64,000 nt of DNA from Desulfatiglandales bacterium (GCA_963662465.1 OY759599.1:4704001-4768000), one strand, 5' to 3'; shown: positions 9,231 to 19,356, numbered from the stretch's first letter. Translations and numbers: made by a program. Notes: generated from the sequence alone by a model not told the origin.

Positions 9231-10337
9231 ATGACCATACTGCGGAACCCAATACAGGCATGGCTGGCCCTTTACATGATTCCCGGGTTAGGAAATGTCG
9301 TTCTAAAACGACTGTTCGAGAAATTTCTTCATGTTGAGGCCATCTTTGAAGCGGGATTTTTTGATTTGATGGGTGTAGAGGGTCTTCGAAAAGAGATCGG
9401 TAAAAAAATTCTGGACCGGCAATATCTTGAACAGGCCGAAGAGGAAATGGTAAAGGCGGAACGCTGTCATGCGCGAATCCTCACCTATGAGGATCCCAGC
9501 TATCCGCTCCTGTTGCGAGAGATCCATAATCCACCCATGGTGTTGTTTGCCAAGGGAAGAGAAATTCCTCTGGAGCAAACCTTTGTGGGCCTGGTGGGTT
9601 CTCGGAACGCGACACACTACGGTCTAAAAACAGCCGAAAAAATCGCTATGGCGCTGGCGAAAAGAGGGGCCGGTGTGGTCAGCGGTCTGGCAAGGGGAAT
9701 TGACGCGGCTGCCCATAACGGCTGCCTTCGAGGAGGCGGCTTTACCATCGGCGTGCTGGGAACGGGAATTGATGTGGTTTATCCCAAATCCAACGGTCGG
9801 CTGTTTGAACGGATGGTCGAAGAAGGGGCTATTGTGTCTGAATTTCCCATGGGAACATCCCCTGAACCCCGGAATTTTCCCATCCGAAATCGGGTCATCA
9901 GCGGCCTCTGTCGAGGAATCGCCGTTATTGAAGCCGCCAGGAAAAGTGGGTCTCTAATTACAGCTGCCCTGGCACTGGAACAGAATCGTGAAATATTTGC
10001 CGTTCCCGGAAGCATTGACTCCTTCAAGAGTGCCGGCGCCCACTGGCTCATCAAACAAGGCGCCAAGCTCATTGAAAACGCCAATGATATCCTGGATGAA
10101 CTCTGGTTTCTGAAGCAAGGCGCCGGATTGCCTCCCCCCCAGGAAGCGTCCGGATCCCAGAAACAGATGAATGGGCCTGAGCGTAAAGTATACGACATGA
10201 TCGGAAGTTATCCGACACATATTGACCAAATAGCCCGCATGGGCGCAATGGATGTATCCCAGGTATCCATGATTCTGCTGAAAATGGAATTAAACGGCAT
10301 CGTCCGGCAACTCCCGGGAAAAATGTATGTTCGCTAA
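9231..10337 (+). CDS. dprA: DNA-processing protein DprA
   Basis: VGSR, VVSGLARGIDAAAH, FPIRNRVISG, EAARKSGSLITA. Confidence 0.97.
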   Translation: MTILRNPIQAWLALYMIPGLGNVVLKRLFEKFLHVEAIFEAGFFDLMGVEGLRKEIGKKILDRQYLEQAEEEMVKAERCHARILTYEDPSYPLLLREIHNPPMVLFAKGREIPLEQTFVGLVGSRNATHYGLKTAEKIAMALAKRGAGVVSGLARGIDAAAHNGCLRGGGFTIGVLGTGIDVVYPKSNGRLFERMVEEGAIVSEFPMGTSPEPRNFPIRNRVISGLCRGIAVIEAARKSGSLITAALALEQNREIFAVPGSIDSFKSAGAHWLIKQGAKLIENANDILDELWFLKQGAGLPPPQEASGSQKQMNGPERKVYDMIGSYPTHIDQIARMGAMDVSQVSMILLKMELNGIVRQLPGKMYVR

Positions 10338-10339
10338 CC

Positions 10340-10378
10340 TAGAGATTCATTGACAAAAGAACTTAAAACTTAAAACTG
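10340..10378 (+). repeat. Intergenic heptamer (AAAACTT) repeat element
   Basis: TAGAGATTCATTGAC...AACTTAAAACTTAAAACTG; relatives at 29675..29736 (minus) and 32072..32123. Confidence 0.65.
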
Positions 10379-10408
10379 CAGCGCGCCGCGTTAGATTGGA
10401 CCCAAAGA

Positions 10409-12706
10409 ATGCCGAAAAATCTACTCATCATTGAATCTCCAGCCAAAGCCAAAACCATTAAAAAATACCTGGGACCCGATTTCAAAATTATGGCCTCGGT
10501 GGGACACGTGAAAGACCTTCCCGTCAGCAAGCTGGGCGTTAATCTCGAAAAAAATTTCGAACCTGATTATGTGATCATTAAAGGGAAAGGAAAAATCCTC
10601 AAAGATCTGAAAACCGCCGGCCAAAACGCCGAGGTTATTTATCTGGCGCCTGATCCGGATCGCGAGGGGGAAGCCATTGCATGGCATGTGGCCCAGGAAC
10701 TGGCCAAGGGAAAAGGGAATCAAAAAATCTATCGGGTCCTCTTTAATGAATTAACCAAAAAAGCGATTCAGGCTGCTGTGGCCTCGCCCAAAGCCCTGGA
10801 CACGAACAAATTCGAATCTCAACAGGCCCGGCGCATTCTGGATCGCCTGGTGGGTTATCAGATCTCCCCCCTTCTCTGGAAACGGGTTAAACGGGGGTTG
10901 AGCGCAGGCCGGGTCCAATCCGTAACCGTTAAGATGATCTGCGATCGGGAACGGGAAATCAGAGCCTTTGATCCCCAGGAATACTGGTCCCTTACGGCCC
11001 ATTTGAAGGGCTTTGAACCACCCCCCTTCGAAGCGAAGTTTTTTCAATATAAGGGGGAAAAAACAGACCTTTCCAATGAAAAACAGACCCTTGGCATCGT
11101 CAGTGAAATCAAAGGCCTTCCCTTTGAAGTCGCAAAGGTCGCCAAAAAACGGACCAAAAAGAATGCCCCCCCGCCGTTTATCACGAGTCTTTTGCAGCAG
11201 GAAGCCTTCAGCAAATTGCGGTATTCCGCTAAAAAGACCATGTCCATTGCACAGAGCCTTTACGAGGGCGTTGATTTGGGAGATAAGGGTTTGGTGGGCC
11301 TCATTACCTATATGAGGACCGATTCCTTTAATCTTTCGGATGATGCCATTGACCAGGTGCGCACCTATATCGGCCAGGTTTTTGGAAAGGATTTCCTTCC
11401 TGAAAAACCGAACCGTTTCAAAAGTCGCAAGGGATCGCAGGAGGCCCATGAGGCCATTCGCCCCACCTCCGTGGACTTGGCGCCCAAGACCATATCCAAG
11501 TATCTCAACCGGGAGCAGTTCGCGTTGTATGAGCTCATCTGGAAACGATTTGTGGCTTGTCAGATGAGTCCCGCGCAACTGGACAAAACCCAGGTGGAAA
11601 TCAGCGCCGGAAACGCCGGGTTTCGCGCTACCGGTTCCGTGGTGGTCTTCAAGGGGTTTACCATCCTTTATGAAGAACAAAAAGAAACCCGAAATGGAGG
11701 AGATAAGGGAAAATCGGAGGCCCAACTTCCGCCATTAGCGGAGGGCCAGGTTCTAACCCTCATAAAACTGGATCCGGCACAGCATTTTACCCAGCCGCCC
11801 CCACGGTTTACGGAAGCTTCCCTGATCAAGGCCCTGGAGGAAAACGGCATCGGAAGGCCCTCCACCTATGCTGCTATCCTGGCCAATATCAGCGGAAGAG
11901 AATATGTGTCCGTGGAAAAGAGACGGTTTATCCCCACCGAATTGGGTTTTCTGGTGACGGATCTGCTGGTCCAAAACTTTCCCGATGTGTTGAATACAGC
12001 CTTTACCGCACAAATGGAGAACAATCTGGACCGAATTGAGCAAGGCAAAGTGAAATGGACCGATGTACTGGGGCAATTTTATGATTCCTTTGGAAAAGAT
12101 CTGGATAAAGCAACCCAGGGGATGAAGGGCGAGGTGTTGACGGATATCACCTGCGAAAAATGCAACCGCCCCATGGCGGTCAAATCGGGCCGAAACGGTA
12201 TTTTCCTGGCCTGTACCGGTTATCCGGAATGCCGGAATACCGCCAATTTTACCCGGGATGAAAAAGGAAAGATTATTGTTGAAGCACCCGTTCCCCATAT
12301 GGGAGAGGAACAGGGAACCTGCGAGAAATGCGGCAAACCCATGGTCACCAAAAACGGGCGGTACGGCCCCTTTGTGGCCTGCTCCGGGTATCCGGAATGT
12401 AAAAATATCTGGGCGCCTGATCCGGTGAGTACCGGTGTTAGATGCCCGGAGGCGGGTTGTTCGGGAACCCTGGTGGAAAAAGTCTCCAAAAAAGGGAAAA
12501 AGTTCTATGCCTGCAATCAATATCCCAAGTGTCGGTTTGCCACCTGGGATGAGCCGTTTGATGGGGTTTGCCCTGAATGCGGCACCCGGGTGTTAAGCAT
12601 CAAACGGCCCAAAAAAGCAGATGAGCCGATGGTGGCTTGTCGAAAAAAGGGGTGCCGATTTAAGGAGCCCCTTTCCACTTATTCCGAAAAGGCCAATCAA
12701 AGTTGA
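10409..12706 (+). CDS. topA: DNA topoisomerase I with C-terminal zinc ribbons
   Basis: ESPAKAK, DPDREGE, SAGRVQS, ITYMRTDS, GIGRPSTY, multiple C4 zinc fingers. Confidence 0.98.
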   Translation: MPKNLLIIESPAKAKTIKKYLGPDFKIMASVGHVKDLPVSKLGVNLEKNFEPDYVIIKGKGKILKDLKTAGQNAEVIYLAPDPDREGEAIAWHVAQELAKGKGNQKIYRVLFNELTKKAIQAAVASPKALDTNKFESQQARRILDRLVGYQISPLLWKRVKRGLSAGRVQSVTVKMICDREREIRAFDPQEYWSLTAHLKGFEPPPFEAKFFQYKGEKTDLSNEKQTLGIVSEIKGLPFEVAKVAKKRTKKNAPPPFITSLLQQEAFSKLRYSAKKTMSIAQSLYEGVDLGDKGLVGLITYMRTDSFNLSDDAIDQVRTYIGQVFGKDFLPEKPNRFKSRKGSQEAHEAIRPTSVDLAPKTISKYLNREQFALYELIWKRFVACQMSPAQLDKTQVEISAGNAGFRATGSVVVFKGFTILYEEQKETRNGGDKGKSEAQLPPLAEGQVLTLIKLDPAQHFTQPPPRFTEASLIKALEENGIGRPSTYAAILANISGREYVSVEKRRFIPTELGFLVTDLLVQNFPDVLNTAFTAQMENNLDRIEQGKVKWTDVLGQFYDSFGKDLDKATQGMKGEVLTDITCEKCNRPMAVKSGRNGIFLACTGYPECRNTANFTRDEKGKIIVEAPVPHMGEEQGTCEKCGKPMVTKNGRYGPFVACSGYPECKNIWAPDPVSTGVRCPEAGCSGTLVEKVSKKGKKFYACNQYPKCRFATWDEPFDGVCPECGTRVLSIKRPKKADEPMVACRKKGCRFKEPLSTYSEKANQS

Positions 12707-12718
12707 TGCCCGATATTT

Positions 12719-13480
12719 TCAGATAATGTTTTTTCCTTTTTTCCCTCTCCGCATTTTCCTGGCGTCTTCTTTCCACCCCTTTCGCTTTTTTCCCTTGGCT
12801 CTTCTGAAAGGATCCGGATCCCTTCCGGGGTCCAGGGAAAATGAACCCGGGGTTGGGGGTTTGAGATCGGCATGCGGTTTCTGTTTTTTGGCTTCCTTTT
12901 TTTCCCTTCCTTCCAGAAGGTTTTTCGGCGGTATAGGGCCTGCAATACATTCAGGCGGAATTTCGGGACTGAGGAAAAGGTCGCCAAAGGGAAAGATGAG
13001 TACCCCCCTTTTTTCCGCGGAAGCAGCGGGAATTTCCAGCAACACCGGGTGTTGATCCTGACGGCGACCGATTCGCAGGGCCATTTCCCGGTCGGAGGAC
13101 AGGGTCACATTTTTCCCCACTGCCTTCAACCCCCTTTCCATGGCCGCGGCATGGGCCCTTTTCCTGACGGGCGCATAAAGCAAGCCCGGCAATGGAAGAT
13201 CGCTATGGGTATTTAAGGTCCAATGCCTTTTCTGAGATCTGATCCGATCGTCAAAAGCCTCAAAGAGCTCCCGATCCTCTCCAAGCAACACCTCGTTGAT
13301 ATGGGAGCGCCGCACATGACGCCACCCTTCTTCCTCATGAAAGGCTTTGAGCAGGTCTTTGTAAAGCACAAAACCTTCCTCATCGGGGACCAGACCAAAT
13401 TCGTCGGGTCGATACGCCAGGATATAGGTCAGCATCCGGCTCAGTTCAGTAACTTTTCTCTGTTGGCGCTGTTTGCTCAG
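12719..13480 (-). CDS. RNA 2'-phosphotransferase (KptA/Tpt1)-like protein with degenerate active site
   Basis: LSRMLTYILAYRPDEFGLVPDEEGFV...RIRS...VTLS...IGRR...IPPECI; probable CTG start at 13480 after AGGAGG (ORF track starts at 13435). Confidence 0.75.
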   Translation of the reverse strand: MSKQRQQRKVTELSRMLTYILAYRPDEFGLVPDEEGFVLYKDLLKAFHEEEGWRHVRRSHINEVLLGEDRELFEAFDDRIRSQKRHWTLNTHSDLPLPGLLYAPVRKRAHAAAMERGLKAVGKNVTLSSDREMALRIGRRQDQHPVLLEIPAASAEKRGVLIFPFGDLFLSPEIPPECIAGPIPPKNLLEGREKKEAKKQKPHADLKPPTPGSFSLDPGRDPDPFRRAKGKKRKGWKEDARKMRRGKKGKNII

Positions 13481-13490
13481 GGGTTGCCTC

Positions 13491-14648
13491 CTACAGGTCC
13501 AGTTTGCTGATCTGAGCCATCACATGAGTACGGATCTCATGGGGCGTGGGCAGTGGGGTATTCATTTTTCCCCGAGAAAGAAAAGGCAGCAGAATTTCAA
13601 CCATCTCTCCGCCGCAAAAACAGGGTTTCAGGGTTTTTCCTTTGGGTACGACCACCGTTCTCAGGCAATCTTTGCAGCGCATGACGCTTTTTGATCCGGA
13701 ACGTTTCCCCCGTTTGGCCAGAGGCTTGCCGTCCACTTCCACGATATCCATGGAAAAATCAATGACCGGGGCGGCACTGATGGCCGTTCCCACACCAAAG
13801 GCATCGGCCAGGTCCCGGTATTCTTGAATCCGGTATTCATCCAGACCCCCGCTGATGAAGATTTTGACATGTTCAAATCCGCGCAGATCCAGTTCCCAGC
13901 GCACCTCCTCCATGATTTTCCTGAGATCCCCCCGTCTTGATTTTGGGGTATCCAGGCGAACCGCATAAAGATTTTTCCCCAGGGCCTTTGCCACGTTCAG
14001 GGCTTCAATTTTTTCATCATTGAAGGTGTCTATGAGACTCACCCGTTTCACATGCGGTTCAATAATGTCGTGAAAGGCCTGGGTCGCCGCCACGGTATCG
14101 CCCATGATCAGCATGAGCGCATGGGGCATGGTGCCGGATGGCTCAATGCCCACCAGGTTTGCGCCAAGACCCATGGCAACGCCGTCGCATCCACCGATAT
14201 AGGCGTTTCGTTCCACCATGGGAGCAATGGCGGGATGCATGCGACGAGCGCCAAAACTGGTGAGGGGCCGGTCTCCCGCAGCCTTACGGCAGCGGGCCGC
14301 CATGGTGGCGACCCCGGATGCCTGGCAGAGAAAGCCCAGCAAGGTGGTTTCGTATCGACCGAAATCAAGGTACTTTCCGCGGATTTCCAGAACCGGCTGG
14401 AAGGAATTTATAACCGTTCCCTCTTGAATCACTCGAACATCCACCGGCAGATCCTTGAGCAGGGCCACACATTCTTCCAAACCCGCAAAAACGCCCCATG
14501 GGTAATCTCGTGGAAGACCCTTGGCCAGAAATTCAGCCGTCACCTCTCGATCAATCCCCTTGGCCCTTAGAATTTTTTCGGTCCTTTCAAAATATACATC
14601 TGTTACGAGACCATCCCGTATTTGCTGCGCGTTAGCTGTATGAATCAA
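13491..14648 (-). CDS. pncB: Nicotinate phosphoribosyltransferase (short type)
   Basis: TDVYF, SFGARR, GTMPH, LIDTF, VRLDT, SGGLD, FGVGT. Confidence 0.92.
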   Translation of the reverse strand: MIHTANAQQIRDGLVTDVYFERTEKILRAKGIDREVTAEFLAKGLPRDYPWGVFAGLEECVALLKDLPVDVRVIQEGTVINSFQPVLEIRGKYLDFGRYETTLLGFLCQASGVATMAARCRKAAGDRPLTSFGARRMHPAIAPMVERNAYIGGCDGVAMGLGANLVGIEPSGTMPHALMLIMGDTVAATQAFHDIIEPHVKRVSLIDTFNDEKIEALNVAKALGKNLYAVRLDTPKSRRGDLRKIMEEVRWELDLRGFEHVKIFISGGLDEYRIQEYRDLADAFGVGTAISAAPVIDFSMDIVEVDGKPLAKRGKRSGSKSVMRCKDCLRTVVVPKGKTLKPCFCGGEMVEILLPFLSRGKMNTPLPTPHEIRTHVMAQISKLDL

Positions 14649-14721
14649 GACTGACCTCCTTATGGCAGTGTAGTTGAGGTTCCATGATACAGAGAATTGA
14701 TTTTTTCACCAGGGGAAGGGA

Positions 14722-16110
14722 TCATAAAAATGAATGATCGTCAAACAGGAAATCATGCAGTTCCTGGATGCTTCCAATACCGTGGGGTTTCAGGCGGGGC
14801 GGCGGATTTGATCCCTCCAGGCTACTTCTGGGAAGGAGGCATTCGGAAAAGCCCATTTTTTCAATTTCCCGCATTCGCAGGTCCGGCTGGCTCACCCCTC
14901 GGATTTCGCCGGCCAGACCCACTTCGCCGAAAACCGCCAGATTTCGGTTAACGGGTCTTTCCAGAAAACTACTCATCATGGCGGACACGATCCCCAGATC
15001 CGCGGCCGGCTCATCGATTTTCAAGCCGCCGGCCACATTGACAAAAATATCCTGGTCCCCCAGTTCAATGCCCAGCCGTTTGCTCAGCACCGCCACCAGC
15101 AGGGAAATGCGGTTCTGGTCAATGCCCCTGGCAGTCCTCCTGGGCATGCCCAAAGGACTCGGGCACACCAGGGCCTGGATTTCCACCAGCAGGGGACGGG
15201 TCCCCTCCATGCATGAAATAATGGCGGACCCCGGTACATCCTCGGGCCTTTCCGCCAGAAAAATGCCGGAAGGGTTGCCCACCTCCACCAGTCCGGAGCC
15301 TTTCATTTCAAAAACGCCGATTTCGTTGGTGGAACCGTAACGGTTCTTTACCGCCCGCAATATCCGGAAGGCATGGCCCCGGTCTCCCTCGAAATAGAGT
15401 ACCGTATCCACCAGATGTTCCAGTACCTTGGGGCCTGCAATGGCCCCGTCTTTGGTGACGTGTCCCACCAGGAAAACGGGCGTCCCCGAACCCTTGGCGT
15501 AAGCCATGAGCCTGGCGGCGGTTTCCTTGACCTGTCCCACGCTTCCCGGCGGCGAGGAAATATCCTGAGTATAGAAGGTTTGGATGGAATCCACGGCCAC
15601 CAGGTCCGGCTTGAGCCTGGCGGCGCGATCGAAAAAATCCTCGATGCAGGTGCCGGTCATAACATAAAGATCATCGGCCTGAATACCCAGCCGATCCGCC
15701 CTCATCTTGATCTGTTGGGCGGATTCTTCGCCGGAAAGGTACAGGGACCGAAGCCCCTGTCGGGCAAACCCATCCAGTACCTGAAGAATCATGGTGGATT
15801 TGCCGATGCCGGGGTCCCCCCCAATCAAAACCAGGGAACCGGGAACCAGACCGCCCCCGAGAGTACGATCAAACTCGGCAATCCCGGTATGCCATCTCAT
15901 CTCGGGCGAAAGGGAGATAACGCCGATGCTTTCAGGCCGACTCATGTTGGGTAAGCCGCGGTTTTTTCGCAGGGGCGAATCATCATTCGCCTCGATGCGC
16001 TCCTCCAGAAAACTGCTCCACTGATCACACTCCGGACACCGGCCCAGCCATTTCAGGGCCTCATGTCCGCAGTTCTGACAAATGTATCGTGATTTTTCTT
16101 TTCCGGCCAT
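14722..16110 (-). CDS. radA: DNA repair protein RadA/Sms
   Basis: C4 zinc finger, GDPGIGKST, KNRYG, Lon-like C-terminus. Confidence 0.97.
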   Translation of the reverse strand: MAGKEKSRYICQNCGHEALKWLGRCPECDQWSSFLEERIEANDDSPLRKNRGLPNMSRPESIGVISLSPEMRWHTGIAEFDRTLGGGLVPGSLVLIGGDPGIGKSTMILQVLDGFARQGLRSLYLSGEESAQQIKMRADRLGIQADDLYVMTGTCIEDFFDRAARLKPDLVAVDSIQTFYTQDISSPPGSVGQVKETAARLMAYAKGSGTPVFLVGHVTKDGAIAGPKVLEHLVDTVLYFEGDRGHAFRILRAVKNRYGSTNEIGVFEMKGSGLVEVGNPSGIFLAERPEDVPGSAIISCMEGTRPLLVEIQALVCPSPLGMPRRTARGIDQNRISLLVAVLSKRLGIELGDQDIFVNVAGGLKIDEPAADLGIVSAMMSSFLERPVNRNLAVFGEVGLAGEIRGVSQPDLRMREIEKMGFSECLLPRSSLEGSNPPPRLKPHGIGSIQELHDFLFDDHSFL

Positions 16111-16123
16111 TGCGGGTTGAAGT

Positions 16124-17071
16124 TTATTTAAACTTTTCCACGGTCTTGTGGTAAACATCCTTGGTTTTGTTCCACAAGTCCTTAATGTCCTTACTGAAAT
16201 CAGCGCGGCTTTCCGCTGTTTCTTTCTCCAGTTCGTCGATTTTCAAGTTCAACTTGGCAAGGGCTTCCTTTGTTTTTTCATCCGCCTGCCTGGCTGCCAT
16301 CTTCAAAAAAACCTTGGCATCGGAAAGGGACCGGCGTGCGGCGTCGTATTTCCCCAGCGTATACTCCTTGGTGGCCTGCCACAGGCTTTCCTGGGCGAGA
16401 ATCATGGGGCCGTAGGACGCAATTGAAATCACCTGAACCCCGTCTTCCGCATCTTTCAAAGCGGCGTCGGCTTCCTTTTCCTTGCCGTCCGCCAGAAGAT
16501 GCTGGGCCAGCGCCACCTTTCGTTCGGTGAAGCTCAAGGGCAGATCGATTTCCACATAGACCAGGGAGTCGCCCGCCAGTTCCAGGGCCTGAGCGCCCTT
16601 TTCCTTGTCACCGTCTTTCAAGGCTTTTTTAGCCTCATCCAGATGGACTCTGGTTTTGTCCACGGTGACAAAGCTCTGTATTTCATCCAGGGAAGCGTAA
16701 ATGGGAACCAAATCGGGAATCACCTCTTCCGAAGCTTCATAGGACAGATGTTTTTTGGCCACCCATATATGGTCCTTGATTCGGGTGGTGGGAAGTGAAC
16801 CGCGAATGGTTTCCATGATTTCCTGGGCTTTGGAGAGTTCCCGGTTGGCGTCGCCGATATTTTTTTCATGAATAAAACCGCGCGCCTTGGCGATATGTTT
16901 CAGGGCTTTAACCGCCTGGTTGGCAATCACTTCCTGCTGGGGAAATGAAAGGGGTTTTCCGGGTGAAACGGTGACGTCTTCGTTAACCGTTTCACCTAGA
17001 GCGGTCTGGGAAAAACAGACCCCCAGAATTAATGCAAACGATAACAGAACCGCAAAAAATCTTTTCTTCAT
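16124..17071 (-). CDS. YfdX-like exported helical protein
   Basis: Signal peptide; Ala/Lys-rich helical repeats; VEIDLPL motif. Confidence 0.7.
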   Translation of the reverse strand: MKKRFFAVLLSFALILGVCFSQTALGETVNEDVTVSPGKPLSFPQQEVIANQAVKALKHIAKARGFIHEKNIGDANRELSKAQEIMETIRGSLPTTRIKDHIWVAKKHLSYEASEEVIPDLVPIYASLDEIQSFVTVDKTRVHLDEAKKALKDGDKEKGAQALELAGDSLVYVEIDLPLSFTERKVALAQHLLADGKEKEADAALKDAEDGVQVISIASYGPMILAQESLWQATKEYTLGKYDAARRSLSDAKVFLKMAARQADEKTKEALAKLNLKIDELEKETAESRADFSKDIKDLWNKTKDVYHKTVEKFK

Positions 17072-17150
17072 GGCAATACCTCCACTTTAATTTTGGATCA
17101 TTTAAAAAAAGGAAATCGCCCAATCAGCGCTTTTCCATCAACAACCGTTA

Positions 17151-17513
17151 TCATTTGTACCAGGAAAGGGTTTTCAGTTTGTTGATGTCCCCTTCGGTCC
17201 CAGTCACCCTGCCATTTTTGAAAAATACAAAATACACGAATTTTTCCCCGGGCTGGTAGTCGCCCACCATAACGGCATACCCCCACTTTTCCGTGTCTTC
17301 GTGGCGAGAAATGCTGTCCGGCAATCCAATGGCCGCCCTCACCATATCCCCGGTCATGTCAGGGGCCACCTGCCGTTTGGCGACCTTCCGGATAACGTCG
17401 TCATCCCAGCTCCGGTGCTGAAGCCGGATCTTGGATTCCCGGTACTGGGTTTCCGCGCAGCCGCCCAAAAGAAACACACCCAAAAAAACGCACATCAGAA
17501 TTTTCTTCTTCAT
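17151..17513 (-). CDS. Lipoprotein (SmpA/OmlA-like)
   Basis: MKKK plus hydrophobic stretch plus LLGGC lipobox; MTGDMVRAAIGLP...EKWGY...FFKNGRV. Confidence 0.7.
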   Translation of the reverse strand: MKKKILMCVFLGVFLLGGCAETQYRESKIRLQHRSWDDDVIRKVAKRQVAPDMTGDMVRAAIGLPDSISRHEDTEKWGYAVMVGDYQPGEKFVYFVFFKNGRVTGTEGDINKLKTLSWYK

Positions 17514-17556
17514 TGGTTCAGACCTCTCTGCTGATTTTTGAAATATCCGGTCCCGG

Positions 17557-18261
17557 TCAAATATCATTGGAAGGGCAGTGGCGAAAAACAGCACATCCGA
17601 CGTGGTCCGGTTTCCTGGCGCCGCATATGGCGCGACCGTGGTAGATCAGGATGTCCGAAAAACGGCGCCAACGTTCTTCGGGCAGAAGTTTTTCAAGATC
17701 CTTTTCAATCTTGTCCGGATTTTTATTTTCCGTAAGTCCTAATCGAATGGAAAGTCTTTTTACATGGGTATCCACCACCACCCCCGGTACACCAAAGACG
17801 GCCCCCAAAACGCAATTTGCGGTCTTACGTCCCACTCCCGGCAATTTGATCAGCTCCGCCATGGTGGAAGGAACTTCTCCGTTGTATCGATCCAACAACC
17901 CCCGGCAGCATCCCTTGATGGACTTGGCCTTATTCCTGTAAAACCCGGTGGACCGAATATCCGCTTCCAGTTCGGCAATGGGGACCAAAAGAAAATCGGA
18001 GGGTGAAAAATACTTTTCAAACAGATCCTCCGTAACCGCATTCACCTGTTTATCGGTACACTGGGCCGATAGGATGGTACTGATGAGCAATTGAAAGGGG
18101 GTATGGTATTTGAGGGCGGTTTTTTCCCGCGTATAAAGCGGATCCAGAATTTCAAAAATTTCTTTTACCCTGGCGGTTCCGCGCTTTTTACTTTCCACAG
18201 TCTGTTTTTTCTTTACTACGGGGTTAACAAAAAAACGCCTATGACAGCACCTGACTCGCAA
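17557..18261 (-). CDS. nth: Endonuclease III
   Basis: LSAQCTD, HhH LPGVGRKTAN, VDTHV, C-terminal FeS cysteines (second Cys position appears to be His); true start probably slightly downstream. Confidence 0.95.
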   Translation of the reverse strand: MRVRCCHRRFFVNPVVKKKQTVESKKRGTARVKEIFEILDPLYTREKTALKYHTPFQLLISTILSAQCTDKQVNAVTEDLFEKYFSPSDFLLVPIAELEADIRSTGFYRNKAKSIKGCCRGLLDRYNGEVPSTMAELIKLPGVGRKTANCVLGAVFGVPGVVVDTHVKRLSIRLGLTENKNPDKIEKDLEKLLPEERWRRFSDILIYHGRAICGARKPDHVGCAVFRHCPSNDI

Positions 18262-18364
18262 ATACTACGATACCATACACTTGTCAATCTCAAAGGGCTT
18301 TCCATTCTACAAATCAAGAGGGCTTTTCAGATAATGATGAGATGGGATCACACCACACCCAGTG

Positions 18365-18839
18365 GTTGCTAAGGATCGTCATCGCTATTTACAATGGCTT
18401 TATCAGGCCAGGAAGCGATATGGATAGGGATATGGGTTAAGATACGAATATGGTACGCGCCGGAATCGTCAGACATCCATCGATGTGGTTATTCAGCGGC
18501 TACAACAAGATCCAGAAGTGGCGAACGAAGAACATTTTGATGGATTATGAGAAACTCCGGAAATTTTTTGGGGTGGGATCACACGATGAACTGAGAAGCA
18601 CAGAGGATGGATCGAGGAATACCTAGAAAGTGGCGCCAAAATCCGTCGATCTGAATGGACGGCCAGTACCACCATTGGTAGCCGGTCTTTTGTAGAGAAT
18701 GTAAAGAAAAAACAGGCGTGTTATGGAAGGTGAAGGTGGTGGTGGGTATCAGCTCCGGGAGGAAGCTGCTCACGATATCTCTCTTTTCGGGGCTGAAAAG
18801 GACGATATCGCCCCTGAAAACAACTATTTTTGGACATAA
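18365..18839 (+). mobile_element. REP-associated tyrosine transposase (RAYT/Y1) relic with deletion and frameshifts
   Basis: Own translations: AKDRHRYLQWLYQARKRYG*; DTNMVRAGIVRHPSMWLFSGY...; HRGWIEEYL...EWTAS..IGSRSFVENVK; YQLREEAAH...IAPENNYFW*. Confidence 0.7.
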
Positions 18840-18970
18840 CAGCTTGACATTCAATGCTTTGTTGCGGCCCGACCCCGTGACCCCATCTTCATCACCGAAT
18901 CATCACCCTGTCCGATTCAGAATTTGAAAAGGCCATGACGCCCTATTTCGGGAAAAACGAATAATCCTTG

Positions 18971-18991
18971 GTAACCGTTCACAGGGGGCAG
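18971..18991 (+). repeat. Isolated inverted-repeat end GTAACCGTTCACAGGGGGCAG
   Basis: 18/21 identical to the left end of the element at 37287. Confidence 0.55.
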
Positions 18992-19042
18992 AATAAAATT
19001 CGAATACTTAGATATTTGGAATCGGAACACACCAAAAAAAAC

Positions 19043-19070
19043 TTGACTTCCCCATCATTTTAAATAGAAT
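19043..19070 (+). promoter_or_regulatory. Sigma70-like promoter
   Basis: TTGACT-N16-TAGAAT preceded by an A-tract. Confidence 0.5.
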
Positions 19071-19202
19071 CTACACTTAAAAATTACACATTTTTATAAA
19101 TAACGATGTGGTTTTAATCAAAATCAGCCGGGCTCTGGGCCGAAAGCCCCGGTCTGTTTAGGACATGGGTGGCAAAGCCGATTATGCCGAGCTCGGCATA
19201 AT

Positions 19203-19356
19203 CGTCACAGTTTCGCTACGCATCTATTGCAGACCAATTATGATATTCGTACGATTCAAACAATGCTGGATCACGCCGATGTGAGAACGACAATGATTTA
19301 TACCTTGCGTACCGAGCAAAACCGCGAAAGAAGCAAAAAGTCCGCTGGATTTTTAA
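19203..19356 (+). pseudogene. intI: Integron-integrase (IntI-like) C-terminal fragment
   Basis: Own translation [34 protein letters not shown]/(frameshift)[16 protein letters not shown]; IntI-typical YDIRT.Q and SPLD ending; adjacent attC sites. Confidence 0.85.
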
